The notes beneath the pieces are model-generated. The model was given only the letters and a program-made list of their open reading frames with translations, searched no databases and was not told the DNA's origin. A program made the position numbers and the translations under genes. A stretch of 64,000 nucleotides of DNA from Bugula neritina (lineage: Eukaryota > Animalia > Bryozoa): the NCBI GenBank assembly GCA_964035545.1, contig OZ037767.1, positions 2,615,680 to 2,679,679 of the forward strand, given 5' to 3'. The stretch's first letter is position 1, and each line of letters starts with the position of its first letter. Positions 49,702-60,972 of the stretch are shown here, one piece after another.

Positions 49702-52700
49702 ATGATGAATGATTATCTGCCAGTCGCAGGTTAGTTTACAGTATTTTTTTTCAGTTGGTTTATCTTGTAAGAGTAGAAGGCGTTGAAACATGACTACTAA
49801 AGCCACTGTAATCTCCTTTCATTTCATCATCACTATCGCGGCATCATCACGTTTGGAAAATGGTTCGCGCGGTTCACCATTAAGAACCCACCCCACCATT
49901 TGCTGCTCCACAGTCTACGGTTTCCGGGAAAAAAGTAGCTGAGGCGTTGTTGCTAGAAGTAAATAGGTTTCGTTTTAGCCAGGGAAAATCTTCAGAAGAT
50001 CTTATACTTTTTATTTCTTCTGTTGACGTGAGATTTCCAACCATTGCCGATCGAATTTGAATTTTCTTATAAGTAAGTGCTTTTGTTTCATTTTAACAGA
50101 TGGCGTTAGACTTAGAGTTAGACTTAGAGTTAGACTTACAGTTACTCTAAGTCTAACTCTTGGCGATTACCTAAACTTAAAGTTAAAGGCTTATACTTAT
50201 ATTTATAGTTTAAGTTATACTTATAGTATAAGTTATAGTTATGGTTATGCTAGCTGCTTAGGCTTAGCCATTCACTTTCAGTCTTATAGTAATAGTTATA
50301 CTGATACTCATAGTCATAGTCATACTGATACTCATACACACTTAGTCTTACAGTTACTGTCATAGTGATAGTCATAGTGATAGTCATACTCATACTGATA
50401 GTTAGTGAGTCACTATGAGTATGATTATGAGTATGAGCCAGAGTGTAACAATAAATAAATAATCAATAATAACTATAACCAATACCATCACATTATGATT
50501 ATTGATATTATGAATTATGATTACGAATCAGAATGATAGTCATAGTCATGCTCATACTCATAGTATTTGTATAACTACAATCTATAAGTATTAGTATTAG
50601 TGATACTGATAGTGATAGTCATAGTCATGCTGATAGTCATATACTAGTACTTATTAAAACTTATACTTTTAGTCATAGTTCTAGTAGTACTACTACTACT
50701 AGTAATGTGACTCACTAACACTAACAGTAACTGCAAATTATTCATAACCATTCTGATTCTTAATATAATATGATCAAATGATTATAATTAAATATTAGCC
50801 CTTAAGTTTAACTTTAAGATATTCTGATTATCATTGAGATCTTCAATTGATATCTCTATGATTAGGTGCATTCCTATAGTTATACTCTTAGTAATAGTTG
50901 AAGACTAGAAATCATACTGAGTGTTTTAGGTTTTTAAGCCAATAAATGTAAACTGCGGCTTAGGTGAACTTTACCATTGGGTTAAATTTGAATGTGAAAA
51001 TGTAGTTTTGTTTGTTGAAAATAAGCTATTTATTTTTGTTTTTTTTAGAACAGAAAATATAGCTGCAATAATGAGCGAAGAAAAATTTGATGGCATGTTT
51101 CTTGGAATGGCTGAACAATGTGAGGGCGGAATAATAGGCTTGATGGATAGTTTTTTTGGGTTTCTTGGCAGAAAATCTGACTTTTACACTGGTGCTACAC
51201 AGGAAAAAGTAGAGAAGATGGTTCTAGATGCTGTTAGAAAACATCACAAAGTTGCTGCCCAAAAGTTAGCAGAAGAAAAGAAGTCGAAGGAAATGGCAGA
51301 AAAACGTCGTCAAGAACGAATTGCTAAAGAAAAAGCTGCTGCTGCTGCTGCTTCTGAAAGATCTGCTCCTAAAATTGTTGAAGTGACGGATGAAGAGGCA
51401 GAAGCTATTGAAAAAGAAAATGCCAAGAAAAAAGTTGATGCAGCTAGTGCCAAAGATTCAGGAAGTGACTCGACGAAGTCCAAAGATGCGATAGTTGATG
51501 AGGGTGATGAAGAGGATGAAAAAGATAAAGGAAAGATCAAACCAAATAGTGGAAATGGGGCTGATATGGAAACGTATTCATGGACACAGACTCTTCAGGA
51601 TGTTGAAATTAGGGTTCCATTTACAGTTCCTTTTCCCATCAAAGGAAAAGATGTGGTTGTCGATATTCAACAGAAAAAGCTGAAAATTGGTCTTAAAGGT
51701 TCACCTCCAATTTTGGATGGGGAGATGTATGGTAAAGTGAAAGTTGAAGAGTGCACATGGTGTATAGAAGATCGAAAAATTGTTTTATTAAATTTGGAGA
51801 AGGTAAACAAAATGGAATGGTGGAATCGAATTACCCTTGACCAGCCAGAAATCAATACCAAGAAGGTTAACCCTGAAAATTCTAAGCTCAGTGATCTAGA
51901 TGGGGAGACAAGATCAATGGTAGAGAAAATGATGTTTGACCAGCGTCAAAAAGAAATGGGCTTACCAACCTCCGAAGAACAAAAAAAGCAAGATATGCTA
52001 AAAAAGTTTATGGCTGCTCATCCTGAAATGGATTTTTCTAAAGCCAAGTTTAGTTAGACTTGCGGAGAATCAAAATTTTCACTTTGAACAAGTACAGTGC
52101 TGACATTTTTATCATAAAATTTCTACTATGTAGTTAATAGTTTTGACTGTTGAAATTGTATCTTCATACAATATGCTTGACCTAAATGTATTATTGAGAT
52201 ACCTTCTGTATTTTTACATTTGTCATAAATTTACGCGTGACAAACATTGTAAATGAATTGTATTGTAAATAAAGCTTATATGGTGTGTATACATCAACCT
52301 TGGTGATGTGCTGCTATTAATATATTATATGTCAAGATTGGTTCCCATCGTTTTATTGGGATGAAGTTAGATTATTTACTGATGTATTTAATTGTAAAAT
52401 ACTAGTGAAACTGAACAGCCACACATTCCCAACTTCCTATGTTGTAGTTACAGCTGACCAGATTTTAGAATATAGTTTATCGATAGGAAATTAATTTTTA
52501 GACATGCTGTAATTTTGCATTTATTCCCAGAATTCCATAGTTTTGTAATTTTACAATCACAGTAAACTCTTGCACATGTAGACCTTGCTCCAGAAAGTCC
52601 TCTGAAAACCCAAGGTAACCTTACTGGCATACCCAGAAAGTTGAAAGATTTTGCTGCAGATTGGCATAATGCTAATCTGAAGTGGGCCAAGGAAAACCAA

Positions 52701-54508
52701 GCTGGTTTTGCTTTGTGCAACAACATTGGAAACATAAAAATTGAAAGGTATGTACACAGACGGTTATAAACATCTTCAACTTGTATGGCATTATCTTAAA
52801 GCATGCATCGAGTTCCAGTTTCTAGATGCAAAAAGTAATATCTGAAATGAGGCTGTAATTCCTAGAGCGCAAACTATCAATGTGGTTTTATTTCATCAGC
52901 AACTTTCATATTTAAAACTTGTGCTAGTTATTGATATGCATGTTTCTCATAACAATGACCTAATAGTTTTGTAGGTGATGAATCATTGCCAGAATCACTG
53001 CTGCCACTCTGTGACAGTTTGCAATCAATTATTGAAAAACTGTATAAGCTTCTGGAGAAGATGAGGCAATGGTATCAATCAGTTGTAGGCATTGAAAACT
53101 TACTAAAATCTCAAAAGAAATCAGATAATATAATATTTCAGGTGAGTTTTTTTAATTTTGCACCTTTAAATTACAGTTTAGAAGTTCAGTGTTTTATATC
53201 TGCCAAGTAATGTTCATCTGTTAGGTTTAAGTACTTGCTATTAAATAGCTCATCTTGTGTTCTTTATCATTGAGCTATAGGTTATAGTTTCAGTTCAGTG
53301 TTCTTTACATCTGAACAGTTTATGGATTGTTGTGGATGCCAACTTGTATTTATTTAATTTTCTTGCAAAAGTCATCGAATAAGCCTAGGGCCACACGGCG
53401 CGTATTTTCGCATGCGAAAATTGAAATCACAAGTAGCAAAGGTGTCTACTGTGCGCGTTGAGAAAACATTCGCACTTGTCGCTCTGCATTTTCAACGCAA
53501 GTGCGAATCGTCTCTGTCGTCGTCACCTAATTGGCTGGTAGTTGTTCAGCAAGCCCAATTTCTTTATTTTAGTGCTACATTCCAGTAAATTGCGTTTTAT
53601 TGAGTGCGATTAAAAAATGAAAGCTTTATTTATCATGCATCACTGACGCTACAGTGGACACCTTTGCTACTTGTGATTTCAATTTTCGCATGCGAAAATA
53701 CGCACCGTGTGGCCCTAGGCTTACACTGCGTTTCCATGACTGCGCATAATGCGAATGAATTCCCGTACGGATTATTTGTGGTTTGTGGTTTGCATTAACT
53801 TATAGTTGCGGTTTCATTCGATGTAACTGTTTCCATTAGCCGAATGAAAAAATCCATTCGCATAATGCAATAATGGAAACGCAGTGTTACAGGGACTGCA
53901 TTTATATATGTATGTATGTATGTATGCATGTATATTTCTTAATTACACCATTTTAATGTAACATACTTTTTCACAATACTAAAAACATGTCCTGGTGGAG
54001 TGTCAGTTGGTTGCAAGCATTGTTTAACTATTACAAACTCACATTTGTTTCGTTACTCGCAAGATAACCACATTTGTCAGCACTTTATGAATTTTATTTA
54101 TAATTATTGTTTACCAAAGCAGTGCCATCAGATTTCAAAATTCTGACATGTACTTGAAAAGAACTCCTACAAAAACACTGTTGGCAAGACAAGATTGAGC
54201 TAATAAATTTTTCTGTATCTTTCACATAGTTAATGGAGCAATCATCAATTAAGAAAATAGTTGTACCTACCTAAGTTAATTTTTAGACATGGCCCATTAA
54301 AAATTTCGTGCAAGCTGCAAAGGAGCTCTTAACAATGTACGAGAAGGAATTTGAGCTGAAGAAGACGATATGCGAGAACATCTGTCACAGTGAGAACAAG
54401 ACTGAAATCCTGTTTATGTTGGCTGCCTGGAAGCACGAGCCCTACTTAGAAGATGCAGTTTCTGTACACATCCAGGCTATGGTGAGAGAGACGGGGCATG
54501 AGACTTGA
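49702..54508 (+). CDS. CINP: CDK2-interacting protein (4 coding exons; exon 1 inferred upstream of NUDC)
   Basis: Exon 52582-52747 RKLKDFAADWHNANLKW...AGFALCNNIGNIK; exon ~52967-53141; exon 54288-54508 TWP...MYEKEFELKKTI...WKHEPYL...ETGH. Phase-compatible first exon ATG 49702-49729 (CAG|GTTAGT). Confidence 0.85.
51071..52057 (+). CDS. NUDC: Nuclear migration protein NudC (single coding exon; 5' UTR exon ending ~50072)
   Basis: EKFDGMFLGMAEQCEGG...FFGFLGRKSDFY, PNSGNGAD, CS domain YSWTQTL...LEKVNKMEWW, KLSDLDGETRSMVEKMMFDQRQK...HPEMDFSKAKFS. True ATG is 51071, after the acceptor at ~51048. Confidence 0.97.
   Translation: MSEEKFDGMFLGMAEQCEGGIIGLMDSFFGFLGRKSDFYTGATQEKVEKMVLDAVRKHHKVAAQKLAEEKKSKEMAEKRRQERIAKEKAAAAAASERSAPKIVEVTDEEAEAIEKENAKKKVDAASAKDSGSDSTKSKDAIVDEGDEEDEKDKGKIKPNSGNGADMETYSWTQTLQDVEIRVPFTVPFPIKGKDVVVDIQQKKLKIGLKGSPPILDGEMYGKVKVEECTWCIEDRKIVLLNLEKVNKMEWWNRITLDQPEINTKKVNPENSKLSDLDGETRSMVEKMMFDQRQKEMGLPTSEEQKKQDMLKKFMAAHPEMDFSKAKFS
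53382..53721. mobile_element. Foldback MITE with ~70-bp TIRs
   Basis: AGCCTAGGGCCACACGG...GCAAAGGTGTC and its near-perfect reverse complement ending ...CCGTGTGGCCCTAGGCT; TA on both flanks. Confidence 0.92.
53724..53886. mobile_element. Small MITE (Harbinger-like, TTA TSD) abutting the previous MITE
   Basis: TIRs CACTGCGTTTCCAT / ATGGAAACGCAGTG; TTA at 53721-53723 and 53887-53889. Confidence 0.85.
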
Positions 54509-55036
54509 CATAATTGCAAGGTTTCTTATAGGGCAGCTGAACGATGAGTTAGCAAAGGTGGGAGGGAACCAGCTGCTGCTCACCTCAATACATTAATTAT
54601 ACTGTTTAATAGATTGTATGGTTTAATTGCAACATGCTGGTTTTCTTTAAAACATTTCAAATGTATAATATCTGCATAGAAGTGGAGACGCACTACACTA
54701 TTTGAGTTCATATGCATACATGTATTTTTTTATTCTAAACATTTAGTCAAAATAACATAAATCATCACAAGTACCAGATAGGATAACTATATACATATAC
54801 ACAGACATTGCTATATCATCAGCAAATCATAACAATACAATAGAAATCAGGATTGCTGAAACCTCGGTGCAATTTTTTATCACAAACATGTAATACAAAA
54901 CTTATATGTGAATGTTTCCTACAACCTCTATTTAAGTTAACAGTCATTCTAATATGCAGATACAGCAGTCAACATTATTTCATTATAAGTGACAGGTTAT
55001 TAAACACAGGCATAGCAAATACAGCAAGCATGCGGC

Positions 55037-58000
55037 TCATGGTCCAAGCTTAAAGTTCAAAACGCTGGCAGCCCCAGGTTCAGCACTTTCATATATCATG
55101 ATGCCGTCGTCTGTATGCACAATACTGGCCCCCTCTACAACACATACAAGTTATTAGCAATTGCCTTCTCCATAACTGTGATGGCATGGCTCATGTAAAG
55201 TTCTATTGCTTGGACAAACTTGAGAGTGCCCGACTATGATTTCAAACGGGCCTCAATCAGGCCATCAGTTAATTAGTGGGTGTTTTTACTAACTTTTACA
55301 AGCTTAAACTCCCTTATCAAAACCTAGATAACATTACCAATGTGTAAATCCTTGATAGAAATTTCCAAGTTGTTACCGCTATTTTTGCTCTAACGGAATA
55401 TAAACCATTGAAATACGACTCATTAGAATATTTAGTAATGTAACAGTTACCTGGTATGACTATTTTCTGTCCATCAACCTGGATGATGTCACCAGGCAGT
55501 ATTCTACTCACTAAGTCAACTATTGAAGCGTGAGTGGTAACAGGTTGAGGTTCTGGTTCTGTCATAACTTGAGGCTACAGAAGATATATACAGAGTTGTC
55601 TTCTCATAATGCACTAGCAGGGCAGACATATTATAAAGGTGAAACTGGGGTGATACTGAGCAGAATGATAAGAGGATTCAAGCAGACATTCATCTAATTA
55701 GTAAGTTTACTTGCTGTGACAAGCACAGTTTTTTGTTTGCCTTAAAACTTTATCAAATTAAATATGGCCAAAGATGCAAAAATATTTTATCACTCATTTT
55801 TAGGTGCAAAACAAACGCAACACTCACTCCTTCAGTGCATTTGCATAAAGAAATTCACTCAACATTTATGCTATTTTCGCCCAGTGTTTGTAAATTGAAA
55901 GCAAAGGTGAATAAACATACTTGGTCAGCGCTGTTGGCAAGAGCTGGGTTGGCGTGGGTTTGATTTGCTGCCGGGGCCAATTCCTGTGGTTGTGGGGGTA
56001 CAGAATCATTCATATCTGGGGCTGGCTGCAGTGAGCCCCCTTCCTTTTGAGCTGCTACCGACTGCAAAGAAAATTCTCATTTACAATGAAGACTAGAGCT
56101 GAGCTAAAACAGCCACTACTGTCTAGTGGAGAAGAGATTGATGCCGTGACACGATGCCACGACATTGAGACGCTGACTTACCGACAGATCTGGTTCACTG
56201 GAGGCAGCAGTTTCAGCTTCGGCTGTAGAGGAGGGCACCTCAGGCTGCTGTGGTGTTTCCTCAGGCTCTGGAACTTCTGGTTCAGGCAAGTCGGAAACTT
56301 CAAATAGACCAGGTTCTACGCACAGAGAGTGGGCTATTCTTTCCGAAGTTATCTATAAATAAATATAGCACAAGTTCTACAGTGAAAGCGACACAGACAG
56401 GGTTCTAATTGTGAGCAGTTATCTACACCTGTCACAATAGACCAACCTGAATAGCCTCCTTATCCTCAGCTACCTGGTCTTCTTGCGTTATGGATCTGAG
56501 GCAGAGTCTTCCCATTTCTATCATTTTTCCTTGAAGCTCTGTGTACAACTAATAAAAGATCTCGGAAATAAACGGATGGCAAACCATGTGCAATTGTTAC
56601 AGAGGTGAAAGCAATGTAAAAGCAGTACTAGTAGCAGTAGTAGTAGTAGCAGTAGGCAGTCGTAGTAGTAGTAGGTAGTAGTACTAGCAGCAGTAGGCAG
56701 TAGTATTAGTACTAGTCGTAGTAGTAGTAGGTAGTAGTACTAGTAGTAGTAGCAGCAGTAGTATGTATGTATAGATTTACTAAGTAATTTCATGCACAGA
56801 TAAATAAAAGCAGAGAGAGTGGGTGCGTTCTACGTACTTGCAACATCCGGGTGTAGGAAGGCCTCTCCCCAGGGGGAGCCGCCAGCCCTGTTTCCAGAAT
56901 ATGATACAGCGAAACACTGTCTTTTCTGAAGCGTGGTATAGCTGCTTCTAGAATCTCGTCACAACTGAAAGATCCCATCATCTACAAAATATTACATTTA
57001 TTACCTCTCAAACAAGAGATCTACAAAATATCAAATTTATTACCTCTCAAACAAGAGATCTACAAAATATTATATTTATTATCTCCCATACAAAAGATCT
57101 ACGAAATATCAAATTTATTATCCCTCGTACAAGAGATCTCATAGTTACTCTCTTCTATGAAATATAATTTAATTAGTTTTCATAAAAAAGAGATACACAT
57201 ACTGAGCTCTACATTTTGCTAAAATGGCCATCATAGAATCGTATCGTCACATTATACTTCATTACATTCTGTTTTATTTGAATATATAATTCAACTGTTT
57301 GAAAGCAAAAATATGAACATAAGTACAGCAACGAACTTAAAAAACTTACGGAGGAGAGTTTTTGAACACGTCTCATCTTTCGCTCCTCTAAAGGCAACTC
57401 ATGTTTATTCACTACAGAAGAGATAGTAAACTGTATACTACATCTTACTACACTGTATACTAAATCTCACTACACTGTATACTACATCTCACTACACTGT
57501 ATACTACATCTCACTACACTGTATACTACATATACTTTGGACTTTGAACAAGACACTTTGTAACGAACAATTGGCCTATTTTTGTTCTTCAAAAGCACTA
57601 AGACTTTTAATAACTTTGATGCTCTACTAATTCAATTAAAACAAATTTTTAGACAAACCTTTAAATGACCAACATTGATATTGAACACATAATATGAAGA
57701 GTTACCTCCCTCCGTGTTGTATCAACTTACGATGTGACTTGTAGTAGGTAGACTGAGATCTGTAACTCTTAGCATCTCTACCTTTAGAGTACGTTGAAGG
57801 AAGCCATTCGGCATCAGTTTTACGCTGCTGCCCTCTACCCCGCGGACGACCTCGACCTTAAATAGAACATGCGTGGCGACAATTCCAAAATATAGACTTT
57901 CTAAATCGTTTTACTTAGCAGCTTGACTGAATGTGAGAGAAAGCACAGAGTTCAGAGAGAGTCTCTGGGATAATCCAATGAGGGGAAAGTAAACAATAGA

Positions 58001-60370
58001 GAGACAGATAGCCTGTAACTACTAAATCTAAACACAAACCTTAAAAATGTGATACAAATACTGAGAAAGCAAACAACAAAGAGAAGTGTATATTTTCACC
58101 TCGTGGAGCAGCTCCTGGCACTGTGCCGGATGTATTGAGAGTTCCGTCAGCCGACGTGGTCTCTGTAGCTCCCTCGGCACCATCTTTCTTCAGATCTGTA
58201 ACGCTGATTGTAGAAGTATTCTCTTCCTCGACAGTTGCTCCTTCGGCGGCAGCAGCAGCTTCAGCAGCGGCTGCCACCTCTGCCTTGGCCTCTTCCTCCT
58301 TTAATAGCGCTTCAGCATCACCTAACACACAGTCATATAAACATAACATCCTGAGAATGGAAGCACAACACCCCGAGAGAGCCAGTAATATGTTAACTGT
58401 TAGAGTGTATAACAATTGCTGAAATGCTTTCCCGGAAGGTTATTAGTAGGTCAGGTAGGGTTTAGCACATGCGAGTCATGAATTATTATCAGCTACAGCA
58501 ACTGTAAACTACAAACAAAAAAACTCTATGATACACACTGAAGACTATAAAACTAGAATAATCCGGTTACACACCATGCCCAGTGAGTCTGTAGTGCCGA
58601 GCTAAGTTCTTTGCTCCAATGTATGACTTCTCGCACTGCGAACAAGGAAACTTGAGTCTGGACTTCTTTCTATGACCTTCAAGAAGCAGCACACATGGCA
58701 CAATAAAAGATTCACTGATCTCACAAGTCATCAGGTCACAATATACACAGATGCTCAGTTCAATGCACATTTTACATTTAGCTTTTCAGGATAAAACTGT
58801 AAAAATAGATCTAAGAGTGTATTTACAGCATGTCCTACTATACAGCACATACTTGGAGTATCTATCATAGCACAGACTGCTGTCCAAAGAACAAAAAAGA
58901 CAAGTGATATCTGCAGAAGCATTCTATATGGGAAGACGATTGCAGAAAGAGTATAGATGACTCATGAGAAGACAATTACCATCAGTTGTGCTGCCCTCAT
59001 TTTCACTGTCGTAGATGTCGGAATATCCCCCATCTGAGTCGTCATAATCTTCATACCAGTCCACCCGATGTATCTGCTTGTAGTCCTTCACCATGTGGGT
59101 TGGCGGCTTAGATATACGACCAGCTCTGAAAGGCATAAGCAAAATATGACTTACACAGTATATGCATCAACATTCAACACAGCTTCCTATAACATATTCT
59201 TCTTCTGCTAACCTAGTAATTGGCTTCTCTCTCTTTTTCCTCAGCTTCTCGGTCGGACTGAGCTCCTGACGACCAATGTGGGCCATGTCACCCCCGTCAC
59301 TGTCCGAGTCACCACCCAGAGCCGGCTCGTCAATCTCATCTGGTGACGTCTCTCCTTCATCACTATCGGGTCTAGGTCTCTTTCTAAAATTTATAAATTC
59401 AAAACCTTTAGATTGATATCAAGTCTTTTAAACAAATTCTTCCGCCGCCCACTCCTTAGTAACACAAATGATGAAACTTTAAATTTAAAATTTACAATTT
59501 TTGATTAGCACGAAATGTCTATTTCAAGTATTACATTCAAAAGTCAAAATAATTTAAAAATCCTTTATTTCAAGAATAAATTCTGTTACATTATGGGAAA
59601 CAATTGCAGTACCCTTACCTGGGTCTACCTTTACCTCTGCCATACTTTGCTTGATGATAATCCCTGGCCGTTAGTCCCCCAGAGCTGGAGTTAGAGTTAG
59701 CTCTAGCATGAGGCTGCACTACGCGATACACGATTCTAGTATTAGTCTCTGGGTTATACACCGCAGTCGATTCACCATCTACACATTTCGCTGCAATATT
59801 TTGACGCTGTAACACCTTCACAATTTGTTGTATTTGTTCAGCAGAGAGTTTTTGAGTCGAGGTGTATGTATTTCCTTGCTGAATAATTCGTATAGGGTTT
59901 GTTTTAGAACCGAGCGGCGGAGCTGGAGTAATTGGCTGCTGTACAACTTGTGATAACAACGACTGAGCGGTAACTGTAGGCTGTACTGTGCTGGAATCAA
60001 CTGGTACAGTTGGAGATGAGCCAACCTGACCTCCTGCAATATCCTCATTAGGTATTTCATTGCCAGCTGCGGCATAAAGTTCTGCATCAACATTTTCTAT
60101 ATGTGAAATATCTCCACCCGAAGCTTCAACGAGAGCTTGTCTTAAAATATCCGTAGTTGCTGCCACTGCAGTTTCAACATCAGTGTTTTCAGTTTGCGCT
60201 CCATCATTATGATGAGAAACTTCCATAATTTCAGCATTAGCTTCAATTTGAGAATCAGCATGAGGATTAGTATTACTATTAGAAATTGACTTAGCATTTG
60301 TCTCAGTGAGTGTGACAGTTGTTGTAGTGGAATTATGGACTTTAGGTTTATTCATTTCCCACTGAGTCAT
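55037..60370 (-). CDS. ZNF839: ZNF839-like C2H2 zinc-finger protein with AT-hook-like GRPR motifs (multi-exon; upstream exon likely outside the window)
   Basis: RAGRISKPPTHMVKDYKQI...DSDGGYSD resembles the ZNF839 conserved block; C2H2 CSQCEKSYIGAKNLARHYRLTGH; GRGKGRPR; last exon ends ...NFKLGP* at 55037. ATG 60370 is preceded by an acceptor. Confidence 0.75.
56622..56775. repeat. Imperfect (AGT/AGC)n microsatellite
   Basis: Visible directly. Confidence 0.9.
56979..57140 (-). repeat. 39-bp tandem repeat x4 containing a splice acceptor
   Basis: tctac units at 56981, 57020, 57059 and 57098. Confidence 0.9.
57430..57532. repeat. 22-bp tandem repeat (ACTACACTGTATACTACATCTC)
   Basis: About 4.5 copies. 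Confidence 0.9.
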
Positions 60371-60427
60371 TCTACATTCTCATTTCCTAACGCCCAGCTA
60401 AACCCCACATTGATATTAACTTTTTAT

Positions 60428-60958
60428 TGTTATACGGATTAGAGAGAACTAATGCCATCACAATAGCCCATCTGTTTCCTACTGTCTGTAACATGTACTA
60501 ATTTCGTTACAATTATAATTACATTTTCGCTTTGAAGTCAGTTCCTATACGTCAAACACCCTGATCCTGCAGCTTCTTGGCTCTATCCTTATATGGAAAT
60601 GCAGCCACCCTTGTAAACACAGTAGCCTATCCTGAAGCAGCTGACGTGGACCAACCGGCAGGAAACCTAAGTATTACAGCCACCCTTGTAATACTTCAAC
60701 CTATCCTGAAGCAGCTGACGTGGAGCTAACCGGCAAGAAGTATCTTGCTACACCCAACAGCTATCTGAAGGCACTCCTCTGTAAGACCCAGCTTCAGGTA
60801 GACGTACCAGGAACGAGAGGAGTCATCAACAATCTACAAGGTAATTACCATAAAGTATATGCATATAATACTGTCATAGTAAATCACTAAGGCTTAGCCA
60901 TATTAGTAACAGCTGTACAGTAAGTTGTAGCGGGATACCACAAGTTCCCGTTATAACA
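60428..60958 (+). repeat. 5' LTR (~531 bp)
   Basis: TG...CA ends with inverted termini TGTTATACGG / CCGTTATAACA, followed directly by the PBS. The 3' LTR is not in the window, so the left boundary is inferred. Confidence 0.75.
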
Positions 60959-60960
60959 TT

Positions 60961-60972
60961 TGGTGGAGGTAC
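60961..60972 (+). promoter_or_regulatory. Primer binding site, tRNA-Ala type
   Basis: TGGTGGAGGTAC lies 2 nt after the LTR's CA and is complementary to the 3' end of animal tRNA-Ala as recalled (...GTACCTCCA-CCA). Confidence 0.75.

Noticed and set aside
49860-50062. E2F-like (TTCGCGC), STAT-like (TTCCGGGAA) and CHR-like (TTTGAA) motifs near the NUDC 5' end
   Set aside because: Short motifs expected by chance; cannot be supported without conservation or binding data.
50057-50365. 102-aa ORF with alternating residues (VRLRVRL, YSYSY, HSHTH)
   Set aside because: By-product of the 6-bp-periodic intron tract.
51008-51070. N-terminal extension of NUDC in the ORF track
   Set aside because: The TTG start lies in an intron upstream of the acceptor at ~51048; the conserved start is ATG 51071.
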